DNA of 64,000 nucleotides, taken from Amphiscolops sp. MND2022. Its lineage: Eukaryota. Positions 49,577 to 62,787 of the stretch are shown piece after piece. How positions within the stretch are numbered: the first letter of the stretch is position 1; each line of letters opens with the position of its first letter. The translations under genes were made by a program, and so were the position numbers. The stretch lies in contig OZ076410.1 of the NCBI GenBank assembly GCA_964187785.1, positions 73,346,001-73,410,000 of the forward strand. The letters are read 5' to 3'. The notes beneath the pieces are model-generated. The model saw only the letters and a program-made list of their open reading frames with translations, was not told the origin of the DNA and made no database searches.

Positions 49577-51539
49577 TGCCCTAGTGAATAAAACGAAATC
49601 TCGTATGTCTTTTCATGATTTTCGACAGTTGAAAAGATAAAGCTATTGGAAAAATATATTGAAATATTTCTATGAAAGAAAAACACCGCACTAGCTAGAA
49701 ACGGCCACATAGCGAACATTGTAAACTAGCAGAGTTTGCACACGCACTTTCCAGCACGATTTCGCATAAAAACGGTAAACTTAAGACTATAATCGTGTCG
49801 GTAACGAAGCGGGAGAAGTTTTCGATTCAAAAAATTTCAATAGTGTAAAATTTCATGAAATTGAAATGATTTTTTTTATCCTCTAAAATGAAATAGCTTG
49901 TTTCTTCAATAAAAGTCGTAAACTAGGAAACAATTCAAATTACCTGATACTTACTTGGTTGAAAGCCTCGAGTAATTCTTGAAATTCGTGGGCTTAGCCA
50001 TTTTAAGGATTGAGAATAAAGTTGATATTGAAACCTGAAGCGCAACGATTTATATACTTTCTGTTTTGCTAATGATGGGCAAATAGTAATAATCATCTAC
50101 ATGGTGGAGGTTAGTAGATCTTACAAGTTTATAATTGAATTCATAAAGTCCACTAACTCATGAAATCTTATCGTCTCATCGAGAGCTATCGATTTGCGAA
50201 GTATTGTTGCTCAAAGCTAGTTTCGCTTTCATTATTCAAACATAGTCCAACTAGCGGCTTTCCTGATGCTTGTTTTACTGCACTGGGGTTCGCGAGGAAT
50301 GTATTGTATCACATAGAGACGAACGGCAGTTTATATCACCATTAATGACCCCAATGCTGTGATGTTACATTGCTTGTATATTGCCTGAAATTAGGTCTGA
50401 CGGGTGCGTTGAGACCAATTTATATACTCAGCCTCAAAAATCGGAATCGAAATGTCTGATTAATGATTCAGAACTGGAATTGATCATTTCTTATTTCTCG
50501 AAATGAAAGAAATAAAAATGGCGAAATCTTTTGCATTTGATGTTCAAAATGTTCTAATGGAAACGCCATCGATCCATATGTTGGTTTTTTGTAAAAGCAT
50601 CAAAACATTTCCAGTTTTTTGAAAGTTTCAACGCAATTGAAAATTTGTATTCTATAGACATGGCATGTTTAGGACTAAGCAAAACATCGGCGAAAGATGC
50701 ACTTATCATGAATCGCTGATCAAGGCATTTGCAGAAGTTGAAAGTGAAAATGAGTTTGCCAGAATAAATTCTCTTGGCAAGCTAAAAATTAAATAGTCTT
50801 ATCAGTTTATATGATCAAAAGTGTAAAAGCTAATCGAGGCCTGCAGGGGCACAACATGTTCAACATCAGTGTGTAAAAAGGAAAAAATAAGTTTGTGCCC
50901 GGTTCTTATGGAACTCCCTAGTCGAGATTGCTTGAACTTTTTACATGCTGCATGGAAACATGCAGGCTAATTTTTTATAAAACATGGAAAATTCCGGGAC
51001 CGTGCATGGAAACATTTTGTAGGATTACAATGCAGCCTTCACTATTTGAATTAAAACTGAAAACAATTCCACTTCTTCGCTGCAGCGATCACTTTGTTTT
51101 CACGTGAAAGTTTCTCAAGTAAGTACCTGATGTGATCACCGTTAGTCAAATAGCACGCTGAATATGACGCTACTTTGAAACTTATAATGTGACTGGAATA
51201 TGTTTGCATTGAAAGCGCGGTAAAATTGATTAAGGTCTCAGCTGCTTTCCAAATTAGAACGGCGTCTTTATGAAACTTGCAAAACGTCGCGGCGCAGAAT
51301 TGCCGCCAAATTTAAGATGCATTTTATAGGCAGCTTGATAAAATTAAATCGAATCAGTGAAGATTTAATGCATGGACATTTCTTTGAGAATTTTATAAAA
51401 TCATGGAAAATTAGCTTGGTAACCTACAAAAACATGTAAAAAGTTCAAGCAGTTCCAACCAGGGCTACCATTCATATCTTCGACACAGAGTTTCCGTATA
51501 ATCTTCAACTGTATAATCTTCAAAGAGCACTGACCCATA

Positions 51540-52090
51540 TCTTCTCTAATATCGCAAGCGGATCTAGAGTCCTTCTTTGTTGAATTAGTTTCAGACCCGT
51601 CCAGTTGATCACCGAGATCTTGACGAAAGTGGACGAACTCGTCCCAAAGTTGCCCTCTCGCGAGGGCAAGGTTTCCGTATGCTCTGTATTTTAGGAATCG
51701 CTTTGTCATTAAGTGCAGCAATATTACTTCTAGTTATCCGTATTTGCAAGACGTTTATAAGGGAATCCACTTCTTGGCACAACCTAAGGTTGATTTTCAC
51801 GAGGCTTTTTTCCATCGATTCGAAGATCCTGTCCGGTCTATCCTCCCGAATTCTATATTCAAAAATTCGGATCTCAATCTCCTGTGAGGAACATTTCCGG
51901 TCTGTTATTGTCTGTTGTGATGGTTCGAGAGCCTTCACGCCCCACAAACGTGTGATTACATTTTCTAATTCTCTTTCTATTGAGTTTGAGCTGTTTTCAC
52001 GAAGCATAACATCCATAGTTTTTAATTAGACATCGTGCTCGTTTTCTAGAGCGCCTTACTCGGACATTCTGTCTCCTTGTCGACGGATTT
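51540..52090 (-). pseudogene. Frameshifted copy of the repeated ORF also at 62788-63345
   Basis: PSTRRQ..., MDVML..NSIERELEN, INLRLCQEVDSL and TKKDSRSA align with the 62788 ORF. Confidence 0.7.
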
Positions 52091-53530
52091 TTAAAAGGTA
52101 AGTCAGGATGAAAAGAACCCGGAACGGCACAAGGCGGCGCCCCGCTCAAAGTTCAAATATGTAAAACTTTTAAATTATGCAAAAAGACACTTCGTGAAAA
52201 CTTCATCAGTTTTACATTGCCACAAAAATACCCCAAGGAATGCGCATAAGACGGAAACCTTTTTCCCTCAGCTGCAGACATCAAAACCCATTTTGCGCTA
52301 CAGAAAACTTCTCAAGAAACGGAAAAATAGCGGAGAAAATTTCTGCTGAGGTCTCCAAAACCCTTAGGACCCTCTATTCTCGCGAAACGTTTCGGTTTTT
52401 GTTAAAAATGAGGGGACGTTTCGTTAAAAACAAAAAAACGCCTGTTTTAAAAACAAAATTGGATATAGCGTGCTGAGAAAACCTAAAACCTTGCTTTAGG
52501 ACAAATAGTATTCCTTTCGAAATGCCTCACAATGCCAAAACTTGCAAACGGGGAATTCATTGGGTTTTTTGAAAATCTAATTTGTTGCAAAAAATTAAAA
52601 ACTTGAAGGGGACCCTTTGGAGACATTAGAATACATCTGAAAAAGATTCACACAGGCGAAACAACAATCACGAAAAATTTTCCTCACGTGCGAGACTCGA
52701 ACCTACCTTTTTCTGCTTTGCAGACCTCAAAAATCCTGATTAACCTCTGTGCTAAGTAGCAGTAGAAGTTATAAGTTTCTAAACAACAGCTAATAAAAGT
52801 CCAGAAAAAACTTCCGTTTTGATTACTATGTGCAGAGGTTCTAATGATTTAGGTCAAAAGTGTTTTTTCTTCGGAAAATGTAATTATAGGAAAGAAAACT
52901 CAAGTACCAATGTTTTTGGTCCTTCTAAAACAAAATACTGCCATGCGTCAACCCAATGAAAGAGTCTTCCATAGAGACAGATTTTATCTTTAACCTTCAA
53001 GCGTATAACCTCCAAATACCTCCCCAAGGAAACCCAAAATAAATTGCGACCCAATTAGTCATTAAGATAAAATTAATGACACTAGCCGGTTTTGATCTGT
53101 TTTCTGTCTCTTGGTGAAAGAACAGTTTCACATTGCATGCTTTAAAACTAGTTTGAGACTTGAGCAAATGTATCACGTGTTTTGGAAGGAAGATTTATCT
53201 CCTCAAAATCTGGGTCAATTTCGTGACAGTTTTGATCTCATTTCAACAGTGATGTAACTATATTCAAGTCGTAATGAGTCAACAAAACCGTTCAAAGACG
53301 CAAGAAACTTAGGGCTAGTTCAGTGCACCACATTAACCGCACCGAGCCGAAGTAAGAGCCCGTTTTGGTTGCCCAAAGTCAAAATTTGAGCTTCTGGAGT
53401 GATCTTGAGGAAATTTCTGAGTATGGAGAACGAATAAGATACCATGACACATACATTATATGATGTCACTGAATATTAATTTAAGTAGTTTTTAGCTGAG
53501 CATTGCAAAACGAACTTCGGGGTTTTCCAT

Positions 53531-53916
53531 GAGAAGAGAAGAGAAGTTAATTTCCCCATTACCGCGGGTGGACGCCGAATAAGCAGTTCTGCTTTTCGAA
53601 GTCGGCGCCCTTTCGGATACTATCTCCCCATTGCAAGCCATGGTACCATATTTGCAACCAAGTGGTCAAGTAATGGTGGACTTGAAGCTGTGGTCTCAAA
53701 GTGACTTGCTCAAGGTCACAAAGGTCTGACTGCTCACCGCTGCTCTTTTTGTTTTGCTTTTCTCCGCCAAATGTGTTATTTGTTTGTCATTGACCATACC
53801 ACTAAGCTAGGGATGAAGGACTTGCTCAAGGACCAACAATGGTGAGTTGGGAGAGATTCGAACCTGATACTGCACCAGTACAGGCCGAATGCTCTAACCA
53901 CTACACCATGCTCCCC
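53531..53916 (-). mobile_element. tRNA-derived SINE with CORE-like central motifs and (CTTCT)n tail
   Basis: Head GGGGAGCATGGTGTAGTGG...GGTTCGAATC; CCTTGAGCAAGTC motif twice (one TGTGACCTTGAGCAAGTCACTT); 3' microsatellite tail. Confidence 0.75.
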
Positions 53917-54083
53917 ATTCAACTATCCACGAAAATGTTGTGTATACAAACATAAAGGAAACGCGAAATGGGTGTAATGTAACGTAAACCTAGCTCAGAA
54001 CGTTAGGAGGACGCCACTTAACAAATCTGCATTTTGTTCCTGGCCATCATTGAACAAATAGACTTTAAAAGTCTGTTATTAGT

Positions 54084-54224
54084 AATGCGCTGACTAAAAA
54101 CACCAAACGGAATTAACCTATTGCACTAACAAAAAAATAATTCACCGTAATAACTTATTACGGTGAATAATTTTTTTGTTAGTGCAATAGGTTAATTCCG
54201 TTTGGTGTTTTTAGTCAGCGCATT
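54084..54224. repeat. Near-perfect palindrome (70-bp arms, 1-nt spacer, 1 mismatch) overlapping a HINE-like 5' end
   Basis: Centre at C54154. The right arm ends in TTTTTAGTCAGCGCATT. Confidence 0.92.
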
Positions 54225-54831
54225 TTATCAACATGAGCCCGACTACTACAGTGGCAAGTATTTCTTCTTTCTTTTTTTCGTCAGACCACAGAATGTATGC
54301 GTAGTAGACACTTTTTCTACAGAACTACTAAACTATTGGATCGGCAAGCGGAAACGCATCCCCCTTGCAAAGTTTACGGGAAAGTTTTAGGGAAAGTGCA
54401 GAGGGTCCCCCTTTCGTGTTCTCAATTTTTAACGTAAGATACAAAACCGGACGGGACTACAAGGTCCCCCTTTGAATTTTTTTGGCACTGTGAGACTTTT
54501 TTTTTGTCGCCAAAGGATCCCCCCTTCAAGTTTTATTTTGATATTTTGAAGCAAACTGAAGTTTCAAAAAGCCCAAAGGGTCTCCCCTTTCTAGTTTTTC
54601 GGCATTATGAGACTGTTTCTAAAATCTTTTTTTTTCGTTTTTTTTTCGAAAATTTCTTTCAAAAATTCAAATTTTTTTTTATGTCTCCAAACGGTCCCTC
54701 TTCAACTTTTTTGATGTTTTGCAACAAACTGGATTTGAAAAAGTCTAAAGGGTCCCCCTTTTACAATTTTAAAAACATTGCGCCTTTTGAGCCTTAGATA
54801 TAGCGCCGACTTTAGACGTTCCCGTCTTGTT
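54206..54831 (+). mobile_element. HINE-like element, family B variant
   Basis: 5' TTTTTAGTCAGCGC...CCCGACT; 3' GCGCCGACT, hairpin AGACG-TTCC-CGTCT, TGTT. Confidence 0.6.
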
Positions 54832-55126
54832 TCAGCTACTGTCTTTCGAATGTAGATTATTCTAGTCTCGTATGCACCGCTATTCTCAGCGCCGTTCAAG
54901 AGGAATCTAACGCTTCCTTTATTAGCATCTGCCTTCTAACTGAATTCTAACTGAGCTCATAGCTTTTCTTTTAGTAGCTTTACACCACGTTTCACCAGGC
55001 TTGTTGGGGTATGAGAATATTTTGTTAATTTCTGACCCACATTTTCAATGGGGGAGCAAAATCATGATCTGTGTTGCGTTTTTTTCCAAATTTTGCCAAA
55101 ACTCCACCTTATACTAACTCCACTTA

Positions 55127-55204
55127 CTCAGCCTCCCTACTCAACCTCCCTGCTCAGCCTCCCTGCTCAGACTCCCTGCTCAGCCACCCTACTCAGCCTC
55201 CCTA
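55127..55204. repeat. 13-bp tandem repeat, 6 copies (CTCAGCCTCCCTR)
   Basis: Directly visible. Confidence 0.85.
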
Positions 55205-55726
55205 CTGAGAGGAGGGAATAATATCTAAAGTAAAAATGGGAATAAGATCTAAAGGGAAAAAGATCTAAAATTTCAGGACGGGAATAAGATCTAAAGTAAT
55301 AAGATCTGAAATCATATAATTTTAGATCTTATTCTTTAGATCCGATTCCCCCTCCCAAAATAGCTATGGCTCAGTTTGTGAAGTCCAAAAGGGAGGAAAA
55401 TAGCCCGCTGCTTAGCGGGCGTCTTGTTTTCTATGAGTTGAGTTCGTATGGCTTGTGGTACCCATTCAGTTATACATTATGTTTCTGGAAAGAGGTTGAT
55501 GATTTTGTTTTTGGGCATTCACACAAAAAAGCCTCCGGCAAATCTGCTTTAACCTGTCTATTAAAATCAAAATTAAAATCACAACGCCGCTCTCTCAATC
55601 TTGTTAGTCCGATCAAATCTAGTTGTTTTTTTTTTCGTTCGGTTTTTCGAACGGTGGGAATTAATTATAATAGCTCACTGATGTTTGAGTTGTAATACTC
55701 GTACAGCCCGTTTTGCAGCAGATGCG

Positions 55727-56280
55727 TTTTTTAGTCGGCATTTTCAAAGAAAATCCCGACTCTTACAGTGGCTAGTTTTTTTTCGTCAGTTCAACGCAAT
55801 CGGTCCACTTTTTTGTTCATTTGTTCAACATCATCAACTTGAACTACGGACGTACAGAACATGCCCGAAACACCGGAAACTCGTCCAAGACAAAAACATC
55901 GACGTTCAGAACCTCGAAAACATAGATTCCCCCTTGGGGTTTTTCACTCGAATTTTTTTCGGCACTATGCGACTCTTTTTTGAAGTTTTTTGGATTCCAC
56001 CAAAGGGTCTCCCCTTCGTTTGTTTCGATATTTTGCAACACAATGGATGTCAAAAAATCCCAAAGGATTCCCCCTTTTACATTTTTCTGCACTGTGACAC
56101 TGTTCAAAAATCTCATTTTCAAATTTTGTTTGGAAATTTTTCAAAAACTCCCAAGGGTCCCCCTTTAATTTTTAAAAAAAATTTTGCAACCAACTGGAGT
56201 TTCACAAAGCACAAAGGGTCCCCTTTTTTACAATTTTGAGCCTTAGATATAGCGCCGACTTTGGCCGTTCCCGACTTGTT
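55727..56280 (+). mobile_element. HINE-like element, family B copy
   Basis: The 5' end matches 7882; 3' GCGCCGACTTTGGCCGTTCCCGACTTGTT. Confidence 0.62.
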
Positions 56281-57858
56281 TGCTATTTGAGTGCATGTCT
56301 TTGTTCAATTTCAGCAGCAAAAACAACTTTTTTTGCATTACGGTCTTGTGAGCTAAAGTCATCACTGTGTTTGGCAGCGCTGTACAAATGCTGTTCATGT
56401 CGTCTTGAAAATCGACTCTAAATATGGCTGAAGATGTTTTCTGGCTCTTTCAACTCTTGAGTGACTATTTCTAGTGTTTGCTTCTCGAGATTTGCTGACG
56501 AGATTGAATGACCAGGAAATACGTTGGTTTATGGTTGTTAAGAATATCTCGACTAACTGTGGTGTACCGCCGGTGATAAATATATTGGTAATATTGGTGA
56601 TGCTGATTTATCACGCGACAATGTGAAAACCTAGCTCTCCTTTCTTGGTATTCAATGATGGAAGCGACTTCAATCTGTGAATGTAATGCAACATATAAAC
56701 ACCGGACACACATGGAGAAACATCTCTGTCTGTGAAAAGTATGGATAGGATTAGATTGAAACACTTTCGATGTGCACCATTAACACTACTGAGTTTTATA
56801 ATGAACCTTATGTCTGCCAGCGCGATAACTGTCTTTACTGAAGTGTCTTTCCTTTAAAGTGACTGAAGTCTTCAGCTGTTTTACGTCGTTCGCAGTTTTG
56901 GGCTAGCAATACCTGGTCCGTTGAGGAAGACCGGTCTGCTTTTTGGACTGTTTGCTCCAAGTTCTACTTCTTATCCGCTAGTATGAGACTTTGTCCGATC
57001 GATATCTAACTTACCTCCGTTGTTTGTTAGTACTGTTTTAAGTTATCTACCGGTATGTTGATTTATTCGTTGGAGCTTGTTGACAATAAATCAATGCTTA
57101 CTTCGTAGGTCGGGTGTGTCTTGTCCGGTTACTTGTTTTTCCCCGGGGGATAAATGTAATGGTGCTTTGTCGCGTCGTATTTCTTACTGATGAGGCTAAT
57201 TTCTTTTGAATGAGTTTTTTCAATCCCGTTATCACTTGTTATTCGAGCTCTGAATTTTGTTGTCTGCTCTCCATTCTTTGCCACGTGGGTCTACTTTTTT
57301 TTTTAAAACCGGCGAACTGACTGATTTCTTTAAATTTTCCAGCTTATAAGTTTCTATACTCTTCTATATCTTCTTTCTATACTCGCAATATCCAAATTTT
57401 TGAGTTATATCCGATGTAAGTTGTGTTTTACTAAGAAGGAAACGGAAACTCAATTGCTTGACAAAAAGTTACCGGAGTATTTTTCATTGACAAAAATCAT
57501 TATAGATCTAAAAATTAAAGTATAGCCCTTACATTTGTCCCACACTCTTCCTCGCAAAACCAAAGACAATTGGGATGCACGATGTAATAAAAATATAAAA
57601 ATTGAATATAACTAGACCAAGTGACATGCACCTTTCAGCGTTATCAATCTAATCCAGTAGCTTCAAGCGGAAACATGGTCTAAACACTGTGTAACATGCA
57701 ATCTGACATTAACAAAGCGAAACAAAAACAAAGCGGATTAAAAAGCTGTCTCAAATCAGATGGGAGTGGGGTCATGAGGAGAGTTATGGTAACAATGTGG
57801 GATCTCCATCAGAAGCTACATTGAATGGAAAATCTAAGCATGAGTCAGAAATACTCAC

Positions 57859-57906
57859 CTGGTTTTGGTTTTGCTCGACGAGGCATAGGAAGTGACATAG
57901 GATGAG
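57859..57906 (-). CDS. Candidate 48-nt exon (HPMSLPMPRRAKPKP)
   Basis: TTTAG acceptor and strong CAG|GTGAGT donor; phase 1 in and out fits both neighbouring candidate exons. Confidence 0.45.
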
Positions 57907-60139
57907 CTAAACCCATTTATAAACAAGTTAATCTTCAATACTAAAAGTAAAACCCTAACTGAGACCCAATCGTACTTAATCCGTGACCATGGTCGTCTCT
58001 TTGGACGCAGTCAAAACAGAATTACAAATTGACAGACTGGAGTTTTCAATGTCTTCAACTTTGTGAATCTATGACAAAACTTGTATCAAAATTGTATAAA
58101 ATACCGAGAAATATAACAATTCTCGAACTCGAACAATTTTGATTGTTTTAAGTTTTGAAAGTTTCGCCGAGAAACTAGACAGGTTTCCAGAACATATAAT
58201 TAAAACATTTTATGACACGCAATTTCTTCACATGAGCTAAATAGATTCCCCCAGTGTGATTTTTCTTGTCTTTCAAGTAACACTCTTGATAAGAATCTTG
58301 TCAAGATTCTTTTCAATTCCTCCAAAAAAGTGTATGATTCTCAGAGATCGTGCAACTTGAAACTCTTTGAAAGAGTTTCAGGAGAATAGCTGACGAATGT
58401 GATTGAAAATGAACAAAAACTGTCGCCAACTGCGACGTGATTACACCTAATATGTCACAGCTGTTCACAATACAAACCAAACTATCACATCTTGAATTTA
58501 AATTCTTTGTGTCGTCATTTAACCAACACTTCGAAAAGCTATGCGAACAGTTGTAAAGCGACAGCAAACTTTGATAATGCTTGTTTCCCTAGTTATGTCA
58601 TTTCTTGAGACTCTTTGTAAGATTCTAAGGTTCCTACTAAAAAAATCAAGAGATTTGCGTCAAGAATAAACAAGATTTTATCAAAGATATCAAGAGTGAA
58701 CGGGAATATCCAAGAATCTGCAAGGTCTTGGCAAAAGTTTCAAAAATCCATCTTAATGGTTCTTTTCCGAGACATGATGCTGTTTTATATCCGTTTCAAG
58801 CTTCAATAAATCATGATCAAGTGAAATCAGCATCTATAGTACCAATCGCATTCGAAAACATCACTATGGTACCAAAAAGCCAAAGACAGCTAATATCGCC
58901 AGCGAAATATAAAAATAAAATTAGCGAAAAGCAATTTTTTGCTAGGATATGCATTTGAGAAAAAGTGTTTCTGCTATTGATCATAAATATAACGATATTT
59001 TTTGCTTTGAAATCGACTGCAAATTTAAAAAAACTCAGTAACATGGTTTCTTGAATTTTTTTTTAATTTTCGAACTTTATAGCGCAATTCTCAAAAACTA
59101 CTGCTGAGAAAAAAACCTTCCATAACTAATTTTGTATTTTGGCAACGTTCTTCTCAGTTTTAATCTCGAACACTTTTTCTGGAAATACTGAATTGAAAAA
59201 TGAACAGCCGAAAGCAGTTTTAAGTCCGTTGAAGCTATGGTTCTAAGGAGATATAGAAGATAGAAGCATTCACACTTTTTGGTCATTTTGCAGAGTGAAT
59301 TAATTCTTAACCCTAAATGGACCATGGTACGATTTCGTACCAGTTAAATTCTGCAAACTTCTGAACGCACCAGCTGATCGTATGGTGAAAAAATCTCTTG
59401 AATAAAATTCTCAGACAATTTTACATATCATTGCACGCCTTATCACGGAATATTGACATGATGTCTCCAAAATCATGAAAATGAGACATAAAAATAAAAA
59501 AAATGAGCGCAGAATTCCCGTTTTTCCAGTTTTCGTTTCTGGCTCTTTTATCCCACTGGCTTCAAGATTGGGTCAAAGTGACCCTAGCATGTTTTGAAAC
59601 ATGCTGAAAGGCAATCAGAGACACGAGGCGTGCAAAGTTTTGGCGCAACGTCTGGAGCCAGTGCGGCGAAGCCCAGCAGTTCAAAAATCAAAATGAAAGC
59701 CCTGATTGTCTTCTTTCGAACGCGCTATGAATCGTTTGTCGAACTTGAATAGTTTAGGAGATTTTGCGGTTTAAAGTTTAAACACCAGATTTTTGGATGG
59801 ATCCGGAAATGTCCTGGTCCATTTAGGGTTAAAAAACATTTTCAGAGACAGTGTTCAATTCAAAAGTTAGAGATCTGAATCGAAGGTACAAAGTTTATTT
59901 GGACGTTTTTTGCTACCAGGAAACAGGAAATCCTGAAACAACTCGTAGAGGGTAAGTAAATCAATGAGCCCAAATGAACATTTTCGCATGAAAAAGTCCG
60001 TACAAAATCATGGAATATGAGATTTTCTGATACTTTCAATAGGGTTTCATTTGGAACATCTAGGAAAAGTCTATCTTGATTCTGCAAAGTCTTTGAAACC
60101 TCTAAACAGTACTTCAAACACATGGATGCAACCTCTAAC

Positions 60140-60395
60140 CTGCAACAACACTGGGTTTTTTCTTGGGCTTTTCTGTTAAGAAATCGACGCTGGAATGAAA
60201 AGGTTTGTCGGTTTTTGTTGAGCGGGTCAGGCTTTCGTAAAAATTCTTGCGGTCAACGATTGAACATGAAGACGGTGTGCTGTCTGCCCTGTCATTCGAT
60301 GACCTTCTGACCTGTAGGTTTTGGAAATCATTGTCATCTTGCTTCTCATCAGCAGAATTTGGCTCTTCATCGTCAACTGATTTCATTGGCTTCAT
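60140..60395 (-). CDS. Candidate first coding exon (acidic/Ser-rich N-terminus)
   Basis: ATG with an in-frame upstream stop, open frame, GTTAGA donor phase 1. Confidence 0.55.
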
Positions 60396-61367
60396 AATTT
60401 GATCATAAATGATAAAGATTAAAGGCTTGAAATGTTGTCAAGTTGTAACTCTTGCAGAAAATTGGGTTTGAAGTAGGGGCACTCGATTCTTATTGGGGTA
60501 CAGATATTTCTGATGAAGTGGCTTTTCATCCGAAAACAATACGGAGTGTGCTGTAGCCAAGATTAGCTTTCAGAGCCGGTCGAGAATTGAAATATATGGC
60601 GTCAAAATCAAGCCTGTTTGGTCAACAAACATTCTAGCCCTTGTAGTGATCTTCATTAAATAGCTCACTTTTGGTTTCAGCCATCTCACTGAACAATTTT
60701 GAAACGTATGCGATCCAGCTTTTACGTACGATTATGGCACTTGTTGAACAACCCGATTACATGAAGCTTTTATTTTGTCTTTGGCCGAAATTCGTTCGAT
60801 AGAGCTAACAATGTGATCAAGAACGAACGGAATTCTAACGCATCATTCGCTCTTTTCTGTTTGCTCAACATCTAAGTTTTCCTTCAACGCTTTGTTTTGA
60901 TCATAGCATGAATTGTCTCAGTAAATCGTTGGTTGGGTTGAAGGAGCAAGTTCAACAAGCTTGTACAAATATAATGGCAAAAATCCTTGTCAGCGTTGAA
61001 ACACGCAGTGTTTGAATCACCAAAGGTTAAAACGATTCTTTCGATGTAAACTATGCAAATAACTAGAAGGTGATTTTGGTATCGATTTCATGACATTTTA
61101 GCACTTTTTGGAGTTTCGACACATACTGAATGTTGAAGATCGAAACTACCATAATTGGGATCTTTAGTTCAGTTATTATTCATTTCAGCTTGCGTACTCA
61201 CCAAATACATTTAGATGCCTGAACTATGGATCCCTTTTACCTGATGGTATGCGGAACTTTGTCGAATAAAAGTCATAGAAATTGAAAGACGGAAAACTTG
61301 TCTAAAATTCAGAATTACAGATCGTGCATAATATAGCTTCTAAATAATCCAATTGCTTGAAATGTCG

Positions 61368-61685
61368 TTTTTAGTCGGCGCATTTTAGCAGAAAATGCGC
61401 ACGACTATTACAGTGGCGCTTTTTGTCAGATGACAATCTCACACTGAATTGTCCACTTTTTGTACAATCTCAGCGCGACACTCCTGCGGCCCAGCACGCT
61501 ATATCTGAATTTTGGACTTTATATCCCAAGAACGTTGCGTTTCACTAAGGAGGAGGCCGAGGTTCGAAAAAAGCTCTCCCATGTGACTAGATTTTACTCA
61601 AAAAGCCCCTGTGTATATTTTGAAAAAACTTTGCCCTTATTAAGCCTTAGGCGGGGCGACGATTTGAAACGTTCCCGTCATGTTT
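61368..61685 (+). mobile_element. HINE-like element, diverged family B copy
   Basis: TTTTTAGTCGGCGC...CACGACT at the 5' end; degenerate AAGCCTTAG...GTTCCCGTCATGTTT at the 3' end. Confidence 0.5.
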
Positions 61686-62787
61686 AAGCAAAATAATACT
61701 TTTTTCATATCGCGGGCTACCGCCTGCGATGGCAATTGGTATTCAGTTGGATACAACGGATACAACTATGGCACTCTCCCTGGGACTGTCCCAATGAATT
61801 AGAGGGAGGACTAGCAGGCCATGTGGCTTGAAAGCCATAAAACTACAAAACTGAAGCTTAATACTTAGTTATGAAAGTGACACATGTTTTGATGTATTGT
61901 CATTTTTACTCAGACTAATAATTAGATTTGCAGTTGAATTATTGTTATTTGAACTTGATAGTAGTTGTTCAAGTTATTATGTAGCCAATTACGGCATTTG
62001 CATGTGCAGTTTATATATAAAACAGCAAAACGTTGTTAGAAATTGGACACCAAGGCGTACAGGCAAAGGAAACGTATTCAAATATTTCTTTGACTGTCGC
62101 CGCGGACGTCCAGTCCAATTAATTAATTGACCAATCAGAAAGCAGTATATTATTGAACATTCAATCTAGTAGTGCAGTTTTAAGACTCAATGGCCACACG
62201 CCGTTTGTCCAAGCTCCTTGACGGACGAACAAAGGCGGGTGGACACTGAGTCCAAATTGGAATATGATACAGTGCCTACAGTGCATTATCTTAATTGAAG
62301 TACTGTTTAGCATGATGCCGTAAACCTGCAAAATTAGGTCGCTATTTTAACTGCCCTCCAGACGTTATGGCTAATGCATTCGTACCCTCACATGAATATC
62401 ACATTTAGACATGTAGTCTCCCGTTACCTAACATGAAGTATTTGTTTGGTTCATATATGTATGCATGTATGTTGATGCTTGTCCTTGAAAGACTCACAGG
62501 TCAACCGCCCCATAACATTTCTCTGACCGGCGAGAAATCCATTTGAAGCTATTTATAACAGCCATGATGCAATACGCTATAAATAGTTGATGCTTTTTTC
62601 GGACAGCCCATCAGGCTATTTTTGGATGATGATATCTGATTTTACGAACGTCATGTAGTCTATACTATATATACCCAGGACCGAAGGTCCAACACAACAT
62701 TTTTCGGTATTTATCTCATACGATAAAGTTGTGTAAGTCCAAACAAGTTCTGTTTTAAAAGTTCCAGAAGTACAAATAATTCTTACC

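Noticed and set aside
56420-57420. Possible solo LTR or non-coding retroelement segment
   Set aside because: No defined termini, TSD or homologous copy visible.
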